Part shown: in pieces, positions 1 through 10,563 of the stretch
How the letters are laid out: the number at the start of each line of letters is the position of its first letter
How positions within the stretch are numbered: the first letter of the stretch is position 1
DNA from: Parcubacteria group bacterium
GTDB lineage: Bacteria; Patescibacteriota; Patescibacteriia; UBA1558; GWA2-36-10
Direction of reading: 5' to 3'
DNA length: 64,000 nt
NCBI GenBank assembly: GCA_003104935.1
Contig: PQAE01000010.1
Location: forward strand, 13,768 to 77,767
Position numbers and translations under genes: made by a program
The notes under the pieces: generated by a model
What the model was told of the DNA's origin: nothing
Databases searched by the model: none
The model's input: the letters and a program-made list of their open reading frames with translations, nothing else

Positions 1-612
1 ACCATATTTCCCGCCTTGTCTTCGGCGTGAAGCTTAACATAATAGGGTTGATGGGCTTTTAGATTATAAATATAGACGATGTGGTCCTTTTTGAGCGCAC
101 CGTCTTTAACTATTTTTTCGGCAACAGTAGTGGATCCTTCGATACCATAATAAATCGTGCCGCGAGTATTTTCATCAGACACCCAGCGCAAAGCCAAAGC
201 ATTATCCGTAATCTGTTCGGTATTATTATAGATCAGCTTAGGAGCGACAGTATCGGCCATGTCCTTGGTCGAAAAGCTCTGTAAAAAAGTAGTTACTTCC
301 AAACCACTGTCATCAATCGCGACTATTTTGTAATAATAGGTTTTTTTGGTTTCTAAACCGTTTAAAACCAGGTCATGCTGATAAACCGAGACTCCATAAC
401 TCAGCCGGATATTCAGATCATCGGGCGTTGAGCCGTAACTGACCACTGCCTTGGTCGGAACACTGGTAGTCCAGGATAGCGTGGCGTGATTATTTTCCAG
501 CTGGCTTATTGTGACACTGGAAACGGAAAAAACCGCTCTGGCCACGGAGACAGCGCTAAAAATTAGCAGAAAAATCGAGATAAAAAGGCTTATTTTGCTA
601 AATTTATTCATA
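1..612 (-). CDS. secreted fibronectin-III-like repeat protein, partial (C-terminus beyond window start)
   Basis: Minus-strand ORF open to position 1; ATG at 612. Translation MNKFSKISLFISIFLLIFSAVSVARA... is a signal peptide followed by beta-rich Fn3/PAP-N-like repeats (YYYKIVAIDDSG, YYVKLHAEDKAGN). Not in the ORF track because it has no in-window stop. Confidence 0.5.
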
Positions 613-725
613 ATTTTGCTTATTTTTTTAGGACTTTTTATCATATAACAAAATATAAGATTTGTCAATAGTCACTAAAAAACCCCTACTTTTATCATAG
701 GGGATTTTTCCAAAATGTAAATGCC

Positions 726-3182
726 TTATTTCTTTGATGAAGGCGGCTGATTGGTCTCGACAATCATCTGACGGGCCTCGTCGGCCATAGCCGGATTGAT
801 TTGCTTTAGTTTGTCGATATATGTATCTACTTTGGCTTTATTGCCCAGTTTATTATTATAGACGATGAGCTGGGCTAAGATCGGAATATTATCCGGATAA
901 AAGCTATGAGCCTCCTCCAACAGAGCCAGGGCTTCCTGGGGATATTGCGTGAAGTAATAAACCTCGGCCAGACGGCCATAATATTCCGGACTTAACTCCT
1001 GCCTGCCCCCAGCAAAAAATACTTCTTTGTTTTTTACCGCCGCTATTATTTTCTGGGCATCCTCTAGACGGGCCGCGGACAGATCTACGGTCAGCAGACT
1101 CAAATAAGATTCAAAGACGTCGGGGGATAACTCCCGGGCTTTTTCAAATATCTTTATCGCCTCGTCAATATTATTTTTCATCATATACTCCCGGCCCAAA
1201 GAATAATAAAAAGTTGTGCGGTTCGGACTGAGTGGTATGGCCGATTTGATTAGCTCGATATTTTTATCGGCATAAACACCGCTCACCTCTCCGGCGGCTA
1301 CCGTGTAGAGGTTTATCAGAAAGGCCTGGTGCCGGACATTATCCGGTTGTTCCTGCATAGATTTGAGCAGTTGTTCCTCCGATAGCTGGACAAGCCTGGC
1401 CTTATCACTAATGGCCAGGTTCGGATTTTGGATCATGCCCGAGACATATTCAGAATATACTTGACGCGCTTCAAACTTGCCCAGGTAATGTTTATTAAAA
1501 GCGTTAATAAAATCCTGCTGCTGTTGTTCATCAAAGGCGCTCGAACGCAGGGCCGTATAATTTAGCACCAACTCGCGGTTGGCCTTCATCTGAGGAACAT
1601 TAAAACTGTAGCCCAGAATCAAAACTATGACCGGCAGGACATAAGCCAACCATTTATTTCGCATTGGTCGGGGCAAAGCCAGCTCAGTTTTTGGTTTGGT
1701 AGTGATAAAAGTAACTAAAGCCAAATAAAGCGCAAATAATATAGTAGTATTCAGGGAGTCAAAAACAAAAAAATTTTGCACGGCATAGCCCAGGAGCAAT
1801 CCGATAAAAATCGCATAAGTGACGATATCGCCGCTACGCTTATAGTATTTGTGCAAACGCCTAATGACAAAAGCATAGATGCTGAGATAGGCCAATAGCC
1901 CTAGCAGGCCTCCGCCCACCAGATACCCTAAAAAAACATTGTGCGGCCGATCAAACCAGACGCGCGAATTATTGTCTTTAAATATGGCTGTAGGAAAATA
2001 CTTATTGAAAACTGCGTAGAATTTTTCTTCCCCCCAGCCCAGCACCGGTTTTTCCGTAAAGCCCTTCAAACTCGCCTGCCAGGTGAGTAGGCGCGATTCG
2101 GTAGTGACGTCGGTCAGCGATATGCTGGCTATCCGCCGCAAAGTAGAACTGTTTTTTATCAGCGGATTGCCGGAAAAAATAAAAATGCCGCCTAAAAATA
2201 AAATCAACAAAATCAGGGCGCCGGAAAAAGCCAGTCGGATCTTTTTACTGACCCGCCCGGAGCAGATTACTAGTAGCGCGCCCCCGACCACACCTAAAAA
2301 TAAACCCACTACCGCTCCTCTGGTTTCGGTGTTAAATAAGGCCCAAAAATTCAGTAAAATTAAAATAATATAATAGAGCAAAAAACTTTGTCGGGCCAGC
2401 AGGCCGGCCTTTTTCTGGAGAAAAAAATTAAAATGCACCAGCAACTGCGGAACTACAAAAAATATCAGCAGACTGGCATTGGTGAAAATAGCCGAGAGCG
2501 GACCGGTCTGACCGGCGCCGCGATATTTAAACTCCAAATATATTAGCAGCAAATCTAAAACATAAAATCCGAATAATTCAAATTTAAGGACTTTTCTTTT
2601 ATCTTTAAAGATCAGGTAAAGCGCGAAAAAGATGTGAAACAGAGCATAGGCCGCCAGATAGGTCGGATTGCCCATCGTGGATGAGACGCGCGCTCCGCCG
2701 GCTGATTCCAACAAAAACGGAATATTTAAAATCTGGGTCAGGGCCACAAAGGAAAAAATAAAAGAAGCAAAGGTGCTGATATACACCAGTTGGCGCCAGG
2801 CCTGGCGGCGATAATAAACTCCTAAGATGATTATCAAATAAGCGATCAGATAGTAAAATTGGAGTAATCCTTCCATGCGTTCGTAATCGCCCCAAAAACT
2901 ATAGCGCCAGTCTCCGGCGATTAGACTAGACACGGTCATGATCAGTCCCAGAGCCAAATAAGCCAAGATAAGGGGGCTAAAAACCGGCCGGTATTGCCGG
3001 CGGTTTCTAAAAAATAAAAAAAGATAAAATGCCAAGATCAGACTGATTAGGATGCGGAACAAAAAATTGCGCCCGGTAATAAAGGGAAAATAATAGTCGG
3101 CCAGGACTACTAAGGGCAAAAAATAAACGATCGGCGTCAAAACACGAACCGTTTTATATAAATAGGCATCAATTTTTTTCAT
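726..3182 (-). CDS. polytopic membrane protein, O-antigen-ligase-like (Wzy_C) domain plus C-terminal TPR repeats
   Basis: 818 aa, more than 10 predicted TM helices. Motif TETRGAVVGLFLGVVGGALLV is typical of the Wzy_C/O-antigen ligase family. C-terminal about 250 aa has TPR-like repeats (YYSLGREYMMKNNIDEAIKIFEKARELSP). Confidence 0.6.
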   Translation of the reverse strand: MKKIDAYLYKTVRVLTPIVYFLPLVVLADYYFPFITGRNFLFRILISLILAFYLFLFFRNRRQYRPVFSPLILAYLALGLIMTVSSLIAGDWRYSFWGDYERMEGLLQFYYLIAYLIIILGVYYRRQAWRQLVYISTFASFIFSFVALTQILNIPFLLESAGGARVSSTMGNPTYLAAYALFHIFFALYLIFKDKRKVLKFELFGFYVLDLLLIYLEFKYRGAGQTGPLSAIFTNASLLIFFVVPQLLVHFNFFLQKKAGLLARQSFLLYYIILILLNFWALFNTETRGAVVGLFLGVVGGALLVICSGRVSKKIRLAFSGALILLILFLGGIFIFSGNPLIKNSSTLRRIASISLTDVTTESRLLTWQASLKGFTEKPVLGWGEEKFYAVFNKYFPTAIFKDNNSRVWFDRPHNVFLGYLVGGGLLGLLAYLSIYAFVIRRLHKYYKRSGDIVTYAIFIGLLLGYAVQNFFVFDSLNTTILFALYLALVTFITTKPKTELALPRPMRNKWLAYVLPVIVLILGYSFNVPQMKANRELVLNYTALRSSAFDEQQQQDFINAFNKHYLGKFEARQVYSEYVSGMIQNPNLAISDKARLVQLSEEQLLKSMQEQPDNVRHQAFLINLYTVAAGEVSGVYADKNIELIKSAIPLSPNRTTFYYSLGREYMMKNNIDEAIKIFEKARELSPDVFESYLSLLTVDLSAARLEDAQKIIAAVKNKEVFFAGGRQELSPEYYGRLAEVYYFTQYPQEALALLEEAHSFYPDNIPILAQLIVYNNKLGNKAKVDTYIDKLKQINPAMADEARQMIVETNQPPSSKK

Positions 3183-3188
3183 AATTTT

Positions 3189-5501
3189 TTATTTTACCTT
3201 CTCAAAGGTGCTGTTTTTTATTTTTTTTATAAAATCGTCGGCCTGCAACTCATATTCTCCGCCGAATTTTTTTATTTCCTCAGCGACGGCGATGGCCTCG
3301 CTTTTTTTATCTATATTGGCATAAGACAAGGCGACATTGATATAATATTGGGGATTATCCGGATATTTTTCCTTTAAAATCAGGGAAAAATACAGTGCCC
3401 ACTTAAAATCTTTGGCGCTGATGGCCGAGTTGGCCAAGCGCAAATAATTGTCCTCGCTAAACGCCGGCGCGGTATTTAAACGCCGGTCATAGGTATGTGC
3501 GCTGTCAAAATTAGTCACCTGATCCAGATAATTTTGCACCAAATCAGACTGGTCGGTGGCAATCAGGGTCATGATGATATTGACATAGGACTCGGTTACA
3601 AAAGGGTTGAGCTCCAGCGCCTGGTCAAAATTAGTCAGCACACCTTGCTGATATTTTTTGGCCTCAACAGTTTTGCCTTGATCGCGGTACATCTGATAGA
3701 GGTAAACGTCGGCGTAGCCCATTTCCTGATAAAATTGCTGGCGCGTCGGGCTATACTTTATCGCTTCTTGCCCCAACGTTTCTACTTTGTCCAAGCGCGT
3801 CGGGTCTAAAATATAAGTATAATTAAGGTGGCGCATGTACAATAGATAATTAGCCACGTCCGAGGGAAAATCTTTGACGCGCATATCCAGCTCTCCGTCT
3901 AATTTTTGGGCATAACGTAAGGCATCATAGGGACCAATTTTCTTATTAACTATCAAACCGTCGATAAACTCTCCTCCGATTCTCCGGTACTCCTGACGGC
4001 CGGAAGTATTCATCTTCATGGCTTCAAAATAAGTATCGATGGCTTTGGTCACATCCGCATTCTGCGAACGCACAGCTTTGATCAAAGTGCGGTTAGACTG
4101 GATTTCCCGGATGTTGACATAATATAGGATAAAACCAAAAGCTATTAAATAGAAAATGGCTAGGCCATATATTACCGGCCGTCGGGCGAGATTAAATTTA
4201 AACGGAATAAACTTTGCTCCCACTACGGCGATAATCAAAACCAGCGGTAAATACGTAACCAGGGCCTCAAAAACAACCATTCCCTGGACGATAAAAGCGA
4301 TAATAGCTAAAAACAGCATCTGGTCGCCCAGTTGTATTTTATCCGCCAAAGTGAGACCGTCGCTCTTGCTTCGCAAACCCTTTTTAAATAAAACCCAAAG
4401 CGGACCAAAAATTAAGACACCATACAGAATCAGACCGATCAAACCGCCGGCGATGAGGTGGTCTAAAAATATATTATGGGCCCGGTCATACCAGATCTGC
4501 GAACCGGCATGGGCGTAAATCTGCGGATTAAAATATTTATTAAAAACATATTGAAAATTATCCTGGCCGTAACCTAAAATCGGTTTATCTTTAAAACCCT
4601 GCCAGGCCGAGTTCCAGGCCATAAATCTGGTCTGGGCGGTCCGCTCGGTCCAGGAGATGCCGGTAATGCGACGTAAAATAGTATTTTTTTGTACCAAACT
4701 GCTATTACGGTTAGTAAAAGTAAGAGCCAGTAGTATGATAAAGACTAATGCGCCGGCGATCAGAAAACGCCGTAATTTGCTTCCCGATATTTTAAAAATA
4801 TTATAGATGAAAAACAATAAGACGGTAGCGATAAAAGCAATAAAGGCGCCTCGGGTGCCGGTCTGAAAAGCGATAAAAAGGTCCAGGGCTACAAACAGCC
4901 AATAGTACAGCCGCAGATAAAGTTTTTTCCGATAGACGCTCAGGTACAGACCGATAAAGACGGCGAAGAGCAGATAGCCGGCTAGGTAAGCGGCATTGCC
5001 GATGGTCGAGGCCACGCGGTCGGCGCCCACTCCGGTCTGATTGATAAAATCCACTCCGGCATATTGCAGTAGGCCCAATACACCGATCACCTGGGCTCCC
5101 AAAAAGAAAATATCAAACAGCCCCAGCCAATGTTTTTTTTCGCTGATAAAATTACGCAGGACGAAAAACCAGATAAAGAGATGCAACCACAAGAGTAACC
5201 CCTCTCCTCTTTCGGTGTTGCTCCAAAAACTGAAATAAAAATTAACTCCCCAGATAGCGGAGACAAAAGCCGTGAGCAGATAGAGGGCAAAGACGATAGT
5301 CAGCCAATCAATTTTTATTTTACTTTCCCGCTTGGCCCACAGATATAGGAGCCAGAGTAGTAATAATATTTCCACTAGAATCCGGAAAACTATAGTTTTA
5401 CTGAAAATGTAGGGGAAAAGAAAATTGCTGTTGACATATATCGGTACCAGTAAAATGAGAGTCAGCACCCCCCAAATAAGTTTGTTCAATATTTTTTCCA
5501 T
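3189..5501 (-). CDS. paralogous O-antigen-ligase-like (Wzy_C) membrane protein with C-terminal TPR repeats
   Basis: 770 aa; same architecture as 726..3182 (QTGTRGAFIAFIATVLLFF motif, many TM helices, TPR tail). Tandem, 6-nt gap. Confidence 0.6.
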   Translation of the reverse strand: MEKILNKLIWGVLTLILLVPIYVNSNFLFPYIFSKTIVFRILVEILLLLWLLYLWAKRESKIKIDWLTIVFALYLLTAFVSAIWGVNFYFSFWSNTERGEGLLLWLHLFIWFFVLRNFISEKKHWLGLFDIFFLGAQVIGVLGLLQYAGVDFINQTGVGADRVASTIGNAAYLAGYLLFAVFIGLYLSVYRKKLYLRLYYWLFVALDLFIAFQTGTRGAFIAFIATVLLFFIYNIFKISGSKLRRFLIAGALVFIILLALTFTNRNSSLVQKNTILRRITGISWTERTAQTRFMAWNSAWQGFKDKPILGYGQDNFQYVFNKYFNPQIYAHAGSQIWYDRAHNIFLDHLIAGGLIGLILYGVLIFGPLWVLFKKGLRSKSDGLTLADKIQLGDQMLFLAIIAFIVQGMVVFEALVTYLPLVLIIAVVGAKFIPFKFNLARRPVIYGLAIFYLIAFGFILYYVNIREIQSNRTLIKAVRSQNADVTKAIDTYFEAMKMNTSGRQEYRRIGGEFIDGLIVNKKIGPYDALRYAQKLDGELDMRVKDFPSDVANYLLYMRHLNYTYILDPTRLDKVETLGQEAIKYSPTRQQFYQEMGYADVYLYQMYRDQGKTVEAKKYQQGVLTNFDQALELNPFVTESYVNIIMTLIATDQSDLVQNYLDQVTNFDSAHTYDRRLNTAPAFSEDNYLRLANSAISAKDFKWALYFSLILKEKYPDNPQYYINVALSYANIDKKSEAIAVAEEIKKFGGEYELQADDFIKKIKNSTFEKVK

Positions 5502-5510
5502 AAATCTGCC

Positions 5511-6185
5511 TTAAAATTTATAATTTTTATCAATGCCTAAGATTTTTTCCTTGTATAGATTTACTTTTTCCTGATTATTTTCTCCCTGCCAAAAATTATA
5601 CAGATATCTGTAAAACCCCAATTTATTGGGCGTGACGGCTTTATCCGCACCGACCAGCATTATGGACTCTACTTTATAAGGGTCTTTGGGCAGATAATTG
5701 ATATAGAGATCGGCATAACCTTCATAATCAAAAAAATAGCCGGTATTATCTTTATTGATGACAATATTATAATAATAATCGGCTTTGTCATATTGTCTGG
5801 CAAAAGATTTATAGTAATTAGCCAGGTTGGCGTAGGCCATACTGATTTTACTATCCAGAACAATAGCATATTCCCAGGCCTCTACTGCTCCGGCAGAATC
5901 ATTTAGCGCCTGCTTGCTATTGCCGATATCTAACCAAATATCGTAATTATTATAATCCACCTTATCGCGCAAATATTTATAATCAGTATTGACCCTTTTG
6001 ACTAGCTGTTCAGTAGACGAGGCGTCCATGCCCGCCTGAGGAAAATCCTGGGCCGTGTATATCTTTTCAATACCGGGCACCTGCACCAGGTTTTGTTTTC
6101 TTTGCTGGAGCACAAAGAAAATAACCGCCACGACCAGGAGCGCCACCACCGCTAAAATGATGATATTTTTATAGATTTTTTTCAT
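5511..6185 (-). CDS. hypothetical membrane-anchored protein (TPR-like C-terminal region)
   Basis: 224 aa, N-terminal TM helix, Tyr-rich helical repeats. Promoter-like TTGTCA-N17-TAGAAT upstream on minus strand (about 6190-6220). Confidence 0.35.
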   Translation of the reverse strand: MKKIYKNIIILAVVALLVVAVIFFVLQQRKQNLVQVPGIEKIYTAQDFPQAGMDASSTEQLVKRVNTDYKYLRDKVDYNNYDIWLDIGNSKQALNDSAGAVEAWEYAIVLDSKISMAYANLANYYKSFARQYDKADYYYNIVINKDNTGYFFDYEGYADLYINYLPKDPYKVESIMLVGADKAVTPNKLGFYRYLYNFWQGENNQEKVNLYKEKILGIDKNYKF

Positions 6186-6242
6186 AGAATTACTACTTTG
6201 ATAACTTGCTTATTCTATTATATTTCTCCTGATTTGACAAGA

Positions 6243-6277
6243 AATACACCCTGTACCATACGGTACAGGGTGTATTC
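6243..6277. terminator. 15-bp perfect hairpin terminator downstream of the surface-protein gene
   Basis: aatacaccctgtacc-atac-ggtacagggtgtatt directly 3' of the minus-strand 6320..10069 CDS. Confidence 0.6.
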
Positions 6278-6319
6278 TTAAATAATCCTAAATCACTAGT
6301 GTGATTGGTAGATTATTAC

Positions 6320-9300
6320 TTAGCTGGCCCAACCAATAGTGTAGGCTGTGCCGGTGTTGTTGGTACCAAAGCCATTTACTAGATAGCCGTTGTACCATTG
6401 ACCCCAGGCAGTAGCGTTAGCAGCGTCGGTGGCTAGACCCCTATTCTTATAGTTGTCTGACCAGACAAAGTTACCCGCTTCCATTTGGGCCCAGGCATCA
6501 GCCGGGTTTTGACCGGTTGCCGCTGGTGTTCCAAAGCTGGCCGCTGGAGTGGAAGAAGCAATGTCGCCCACTAGACTGACGGCGATATTGTCTCCGGTTC
6601 CGGCGTTAGCAATAGTACAGTTCAACTTGTAAGTCGCGGAAGCTCCGGCAGAAATCTGCAAAGCTTCTTTGGTATTGCCCCATGAAATATTTGGATTATC
6701 AAAGACGAAAGTCTTATAGGTAAATCCAGTTCCGGCAGTCATGGTTGGATTGGCAGAAGCGCCGACCACATTACCATTACCATCCTTTAACAAACAATTG
6801 GTCACTGTAGTGTCCGTACCGCCACCAGTAGCGATAGCAAAGGTAGCACGATATAACAGCACTTCACCCTGTGAAGGAGCCGCTACGCTAAAGGCAAAGA
6901 TATCCCGAGCACCATTGTTCATAGCAGTGTCCGCGCCCAATGTAGTACCGCTAGTAGACCAGGAAACAGTTGGCACTGACTTGTGCAGGATCATAGCACT
7001 GGTAGTGGAGCCATTGTAGGTTTCAGTAGCAGTGCTGTTGGAATCATTACCAGTAAACTTAAAGCCGTCTGTACCGCCAAAACCAAGTTTGACATCAGCC
7101 GCCGGAGTTCCCGGAGCATTGTCGCTATTTTGATCAATGGTGGCAAAATCAGCTTTGATAGTAATGATCTTAGAACCGTCCTTGGGCACAACCAGAGTAC
7201 CCTTGTTAAAGTTGAAGGTATAGTTTGATGTAGACGGTATGGCGTTAGAAGCCAATAAAGTACTGCCATCATAGAGATATACCTTGAGTATGTCCTGATA
7301 GGTACCCGCCGCTGTTCCGGTCAAAGCACCATCAGCGACATAAACAACCAACTGATCCAAGTTCGCAGCCTCATAAATAGTATCAACTTTGACACTACCC
7401 ATAGTAACGCCAGTGGCGCCGGCTGCTACTAGACCATTAGCCGGGTTGTTGTAGGTGCTGACAGTCACCGTAGCCTTAGATTGCACGGTCAGGACAGCAC
7501 CATTGTCGGCAGTCAGAGACAAAGTAGCTCTGTTGCCGGAGGTGTTGCCGTAGGCCACAACTGAGGGATTGCTGGCGGCTGTAGCATCAGTCAAACCAAA
7601 CTGCACGGTGTTGTTAGCATGAGCACCGGTGGAGACATTACCCTTTAATTGGATAGTCTTACTGGTACCCTTAGTGACGATGATTGGGGCATCAAAAGCA
7701 AAAGTGGAGGTAACACCATCACAGGAAGAACGAGTGGAGCAAGGATCGTCATTAACCGGAGTCAAAGCAGTGCTACCGTCATAGACAGTCAGGTTGGTTA
7801 CTTCAGACGAGGAAGCGGCAAAGAGTAAAGAATTGATTCTGACATCTTCGCCGGAGTTCGTCGCGTCAAAACTCCAAGAACCCAAAAGCACACCTTGCGC
7901 GCCGGGGATGACATTGCCATCAGCTGGCAAGGTCTGTCGGCTAACCGCTAAGTAAGAACCCTTGATGGTCTGAGTGTTGGCAGCTACGCTACTCGATGGG
8001 CTGGCGGTAATACTATTGCCAGTTACCTGACCGGTCGCAGTGAGTACTGTAGCCGGGTTAAACTGCACATAGATAGTATCATTAGTCGCCCAAGCGCCTG
8101 CAGTATCCAAATTACCTACGACATTCAAAACAGTGTCGCCAATTGGCAAGGTAAAGGTATCAGTAAAAGCAACAGTGAAGGCACCAGCAGTAACATCGGT
8201 TGGTCCGGCTACGGTTGCACCAGCACTATTAACAAATTTTACTGACTTTAAGGCGTCCACGATAGTGGTAGCACTGGTGGACACTACTGTTAGAGTTAAA
8301 GCTGTCACGTCAATTGGCTCGCCTTTGACGGTGAATTTGAAGGCTCCCAATGTCTGGCTATTGCCCAAAGTGATGTTGGTAGAACCAACAGTGTTACTTC
8401 TTTCCACAGTCAAAGTACCGTTGGAAATAGTAAATTGGTTGTCGGTTAAGACCGGCTTGGTAGTTGCCGGAGCGCTACCGGTTCCGCTATAAGTCGGAGT
8501 GATATTATAGCCATAGGTCAAACCTTTGACCAAGAGATCAGTATTGCGATAGATCTCTAATTTGATGGTGCGGGCTGAACCGCCGGCCACATCAGCTTTG
8601 ACCGTAAATTGATAGGTCTGGCCCTTAGGAATGGTGAGGTTAATGCCTGAAAAGTCGGCATATCTGCCATTTACCACGCCGTCGGCAATTTTGGTGCCAT
8701 CTCTATACAGACGTATATTGGTGACATCGTCCCCCAGCACAGCGGTACCTTCAGTATAGACTGATACTGTGTTGAACTGCACATCTTCTGTCGATCCAGC
8801 TTGAATCTGGAAAGAGAAGTATACGTAATCCTTCTTACCTACTTCAATAGTAGTAGAAGTAGCATTGGTGTAAGAGCCTCTCTGAACTATGGGTAGACCA
8901 ACAGTAATGGTGGCATTAGTAGTCATGGCATTACCGTAGACCGGTAAAGTGCCAAACACTGAACCACCACCCACTAAGGTGACCGAAGCCAATCCCAAAG
9001 CCGGCACTTCACCAGCGTAGTTGGTCAAATTAGCCGCCATGTTACCAGACAAATAAATAGTCTTGGTAGTATTAGCCGGGATGACCAGATCCTTGGTAAA
9101 GGTGGCCTTGTGCTCCGAGTTAAAAGTCTTGGAGTTGGCATCAAATGGAATCATAGTGGTTCCATCTAAGATGTCCACACTAGCAAAGTCGGCATCTTGG
9201 GCCAAGCCGCCACGCTGGATAACCATCGTATCAATGGTTACGCCCTTGGCGCCGGTGGTCAGATTGACCTTGGTAAAAGGATAGCGAGCTGCATTGTTGA

Positions 9301-10069
9301 CTACGATTCCCGCAGCGGGAGTGTCGCTGGCTAAGGACACGGTCAGGTCTCCGCCGACTTCAGCGGTACCGCCGGCCACCGGCATAAAGCCGGAAATAGC
9401 GATTTCCTCACCAGTGATGGAAGTACCATCAGCATAAGCGCTCAAATCTGTGACTGGCAATACAAATGTTGCCACCAGATTATTAGCATCAAAAGCATCG
9501 GCTGATGCAAACGGTCTCTTTTTGCCGTCCTGGATGAGGTAGCGATTGCTACCCATAGAGACGACAGAGCCATTAGGTAAGGTGGACGATAGATCAGCGC
9601 CGGTAAATTTATAGCTGGACGAGAAATAACCAGGGATAACATCCCTGACTTTCTTAGCCCAGTCATTACCGTACAAAGCTTTTGCTACTGCTTCGCTAGG
9701 AATCAGCTGCAAAACACCGCCAGTACTGACAGCGTATACTTTGGCTGTATCTTCCGTCTTGACCAAGTAAGTACCTGGTCTGTAGGTGACTGCACCACCG
9801 TCAGTATACATATCTAGTTCTGTGACTGATACCTTGACCACGTTTTTGAAGTCAGAATACCAGGTATTATAGGTCTTCACATCTGGGAAGACATATTTTT
9901 TACCATCAGAACCGATGTAGTAGACAGCTGCGTTTTTGACACCTGCTTTAGCAAGCAAGGAGCCTGCTCCGTAGCTTCCGGCTGCTTTGACGTTAAAGCT
10001 AAGAGCGCTTGTGGTCAAAACTGTCGTCACTACGAGTGAAAATACAAACAGTCTTTTTAGTAAACTCAT
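6320..10069 (-). CDS. large secreted Thr/Ser/Gly/Val-rich cell-surface (S-layer-like) protein
   Basis: 1249 aa; signal peptide MSLLKRLFVFSLVVTTVLTTSALS; very low-complexity beta-rich composition with repeated Ig-like segments; distinct N- and C-terminal domains. Confidence 0.55.
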   Translation of the reverse strand: MSLLKRLFVFSLVVTTVLTTSALSFNVKAAGSYGAGSLLAKAGVKNAAVYYIGSDGKKYVFPDVKTYNTWYSDFKNVVKVSVTELDMYTDGGAVTYRPGTYLVKTEDTAKVYAVSTGGVLQLIPSEAVAKALYGNDWAKKVRDVIPGYFSSSYKFTGADLSSTLPNGSVVSMGSNRYLIQDGKKRPFASADAFDANNLVATFVLPVTDLSAYADGTSITGEEIAISGFMPVAGGTAEVGGDLTVSLASDTPAAGIVVNNAARYPFTKVNLTTGAKGVTIDTMVIQRGGLAQDADFASVDILDGTTMIPFDANSKTFNSEHKATFTKDLVIPANTTKTIYLSGNMAANLTNYAGEVPALGLASVTLVGGGSVFGTLPVYGNAMTTNATITVGLPIVQRGSYTNATSTTIEVGKKDYVYFSFQIQAGSTEDVQFNTVSVYTEGTAVLGDDVTNIRLYRDGTKIADGVVNGRYADFSGINLTIPKGQTYQFTVKADVAGGSARTIKLEIYRNTDLLVKGLTYGYNITPTYSGTGSAPATTKPVLTDNQFTISNGTLTVERSNTVGSTNITLGNSQTLGAFKFTVKGEPIDVTALTLTVVSTSATTIVDALKSVKFVNSAGATVAGPTDVTAGAFTVAFTDTFTLPIGDTVLNVVGNLDTAGAWATNDTIYVQFNPATVLTATGQVTGNSITASPSSSVAANTQTIKGSYLAVSRQTLPADGNVIPGAQGVLLGSWSFDATNSGEDVRINSLLFAASSSEVTNLTVYDGSTALTPVNDDPCSTRSSCDGVTSTFAFDAPIIVTKGTSKTIQLKGNVSTGAHANNTVQFGLTDATAASNPSVVAYGNTSGNRATLSLTADNGAVLTVQSKATVTVSTYNNPANGLVAAGATGVTMGSVKVDTIYEAANLDQLVVYVADGALTGTAAGTYQDILKVYLYDGSTLLASNAIPSTSNYTFNFNKGTLVVPKDGSKIITIKADFATIDQNSDNAPGTPAADVKLGFGGTDGFKFTGNDSNSTATETYNGSTTSAMILHKSVPTVSWSTSGTTLGADTAMNNGARDIFAFSVAAPSQGEVLLYRATFAIATGGGTDTTVTNCLLKDGNGNVVGASANPTMTAGTGFTYKTFVFDNPNISWGNTKEALQISAGASATYKLNCTIANAGTGDNIAVSLVGDIASSTPAASFGTPAATGQNPADAWAQMEAGNFVWSDNYKNRGLATDAANATAWGQWYNGYLVNGFGTNNTGTAYTIGWAS

Positions 10070-10563
10070 TTGTTCTTGTTTAAAGTAATGTTCCTAGACT
10101 ATTTTCTCCTCTTTCTCCTCTGGAGTACCACGTCAGACGTGGCTGAGACTACTTATGTGCTTCCTCCCGCCGCTGGCGGGATCGACCTTGCTGGTCACAG
10201 ACAAATAGACCCCAAATTTGATAAGCAAAGATAATGATGTCTAAGAACGCTAATTAGATCCCCGCAAATCTCCGATTTTACCCGGAAACGCGAGAGATTT
10301 TCATCCCGCGCATTGCTTTCTTGCTAAGCAATATTTACGGGACCACCCCTAAGTCGCGCGCGATTTAAGCGATAATTTAGGGATAGCAATCCTCAATTTA
10401 TCACCCGCTTTTTACGCACTTCTGCTTTAAAACGGGGGCCTGTCCCTGCGAAAGCAGGGATTAAGAACTGCCTACCCCAAAATTATTCTGCCTGCAATCG
10501 GACTAGGATTGTCGGCGCGTCTATCGGGTTATAAAAGAACGAAATAAAAATTATAAACAATGA

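Noticed and set aside
81-284. 67-aa + strand ORF near window start
   Set aside because: Lies antisense within the partial minus-strand Fn3-like CDS (1..612), which has a signal peptide and coherent domain repeats.
10070-10563. tmRNA (ssrA) or RNase P RNA in the long spacer
   Set aside because: Candidate tag frames end in ...KNAN* or ...RALLSC*, not the usual Ala-Ala-type C-terminus. No GGUUCGAnUCC T-arm with acceptor/CCA end, and no GGAAAGUCCGG / ACAGAA(N)GGCUUA RNase P motifs on either strand. Left as an unassigned leader region.
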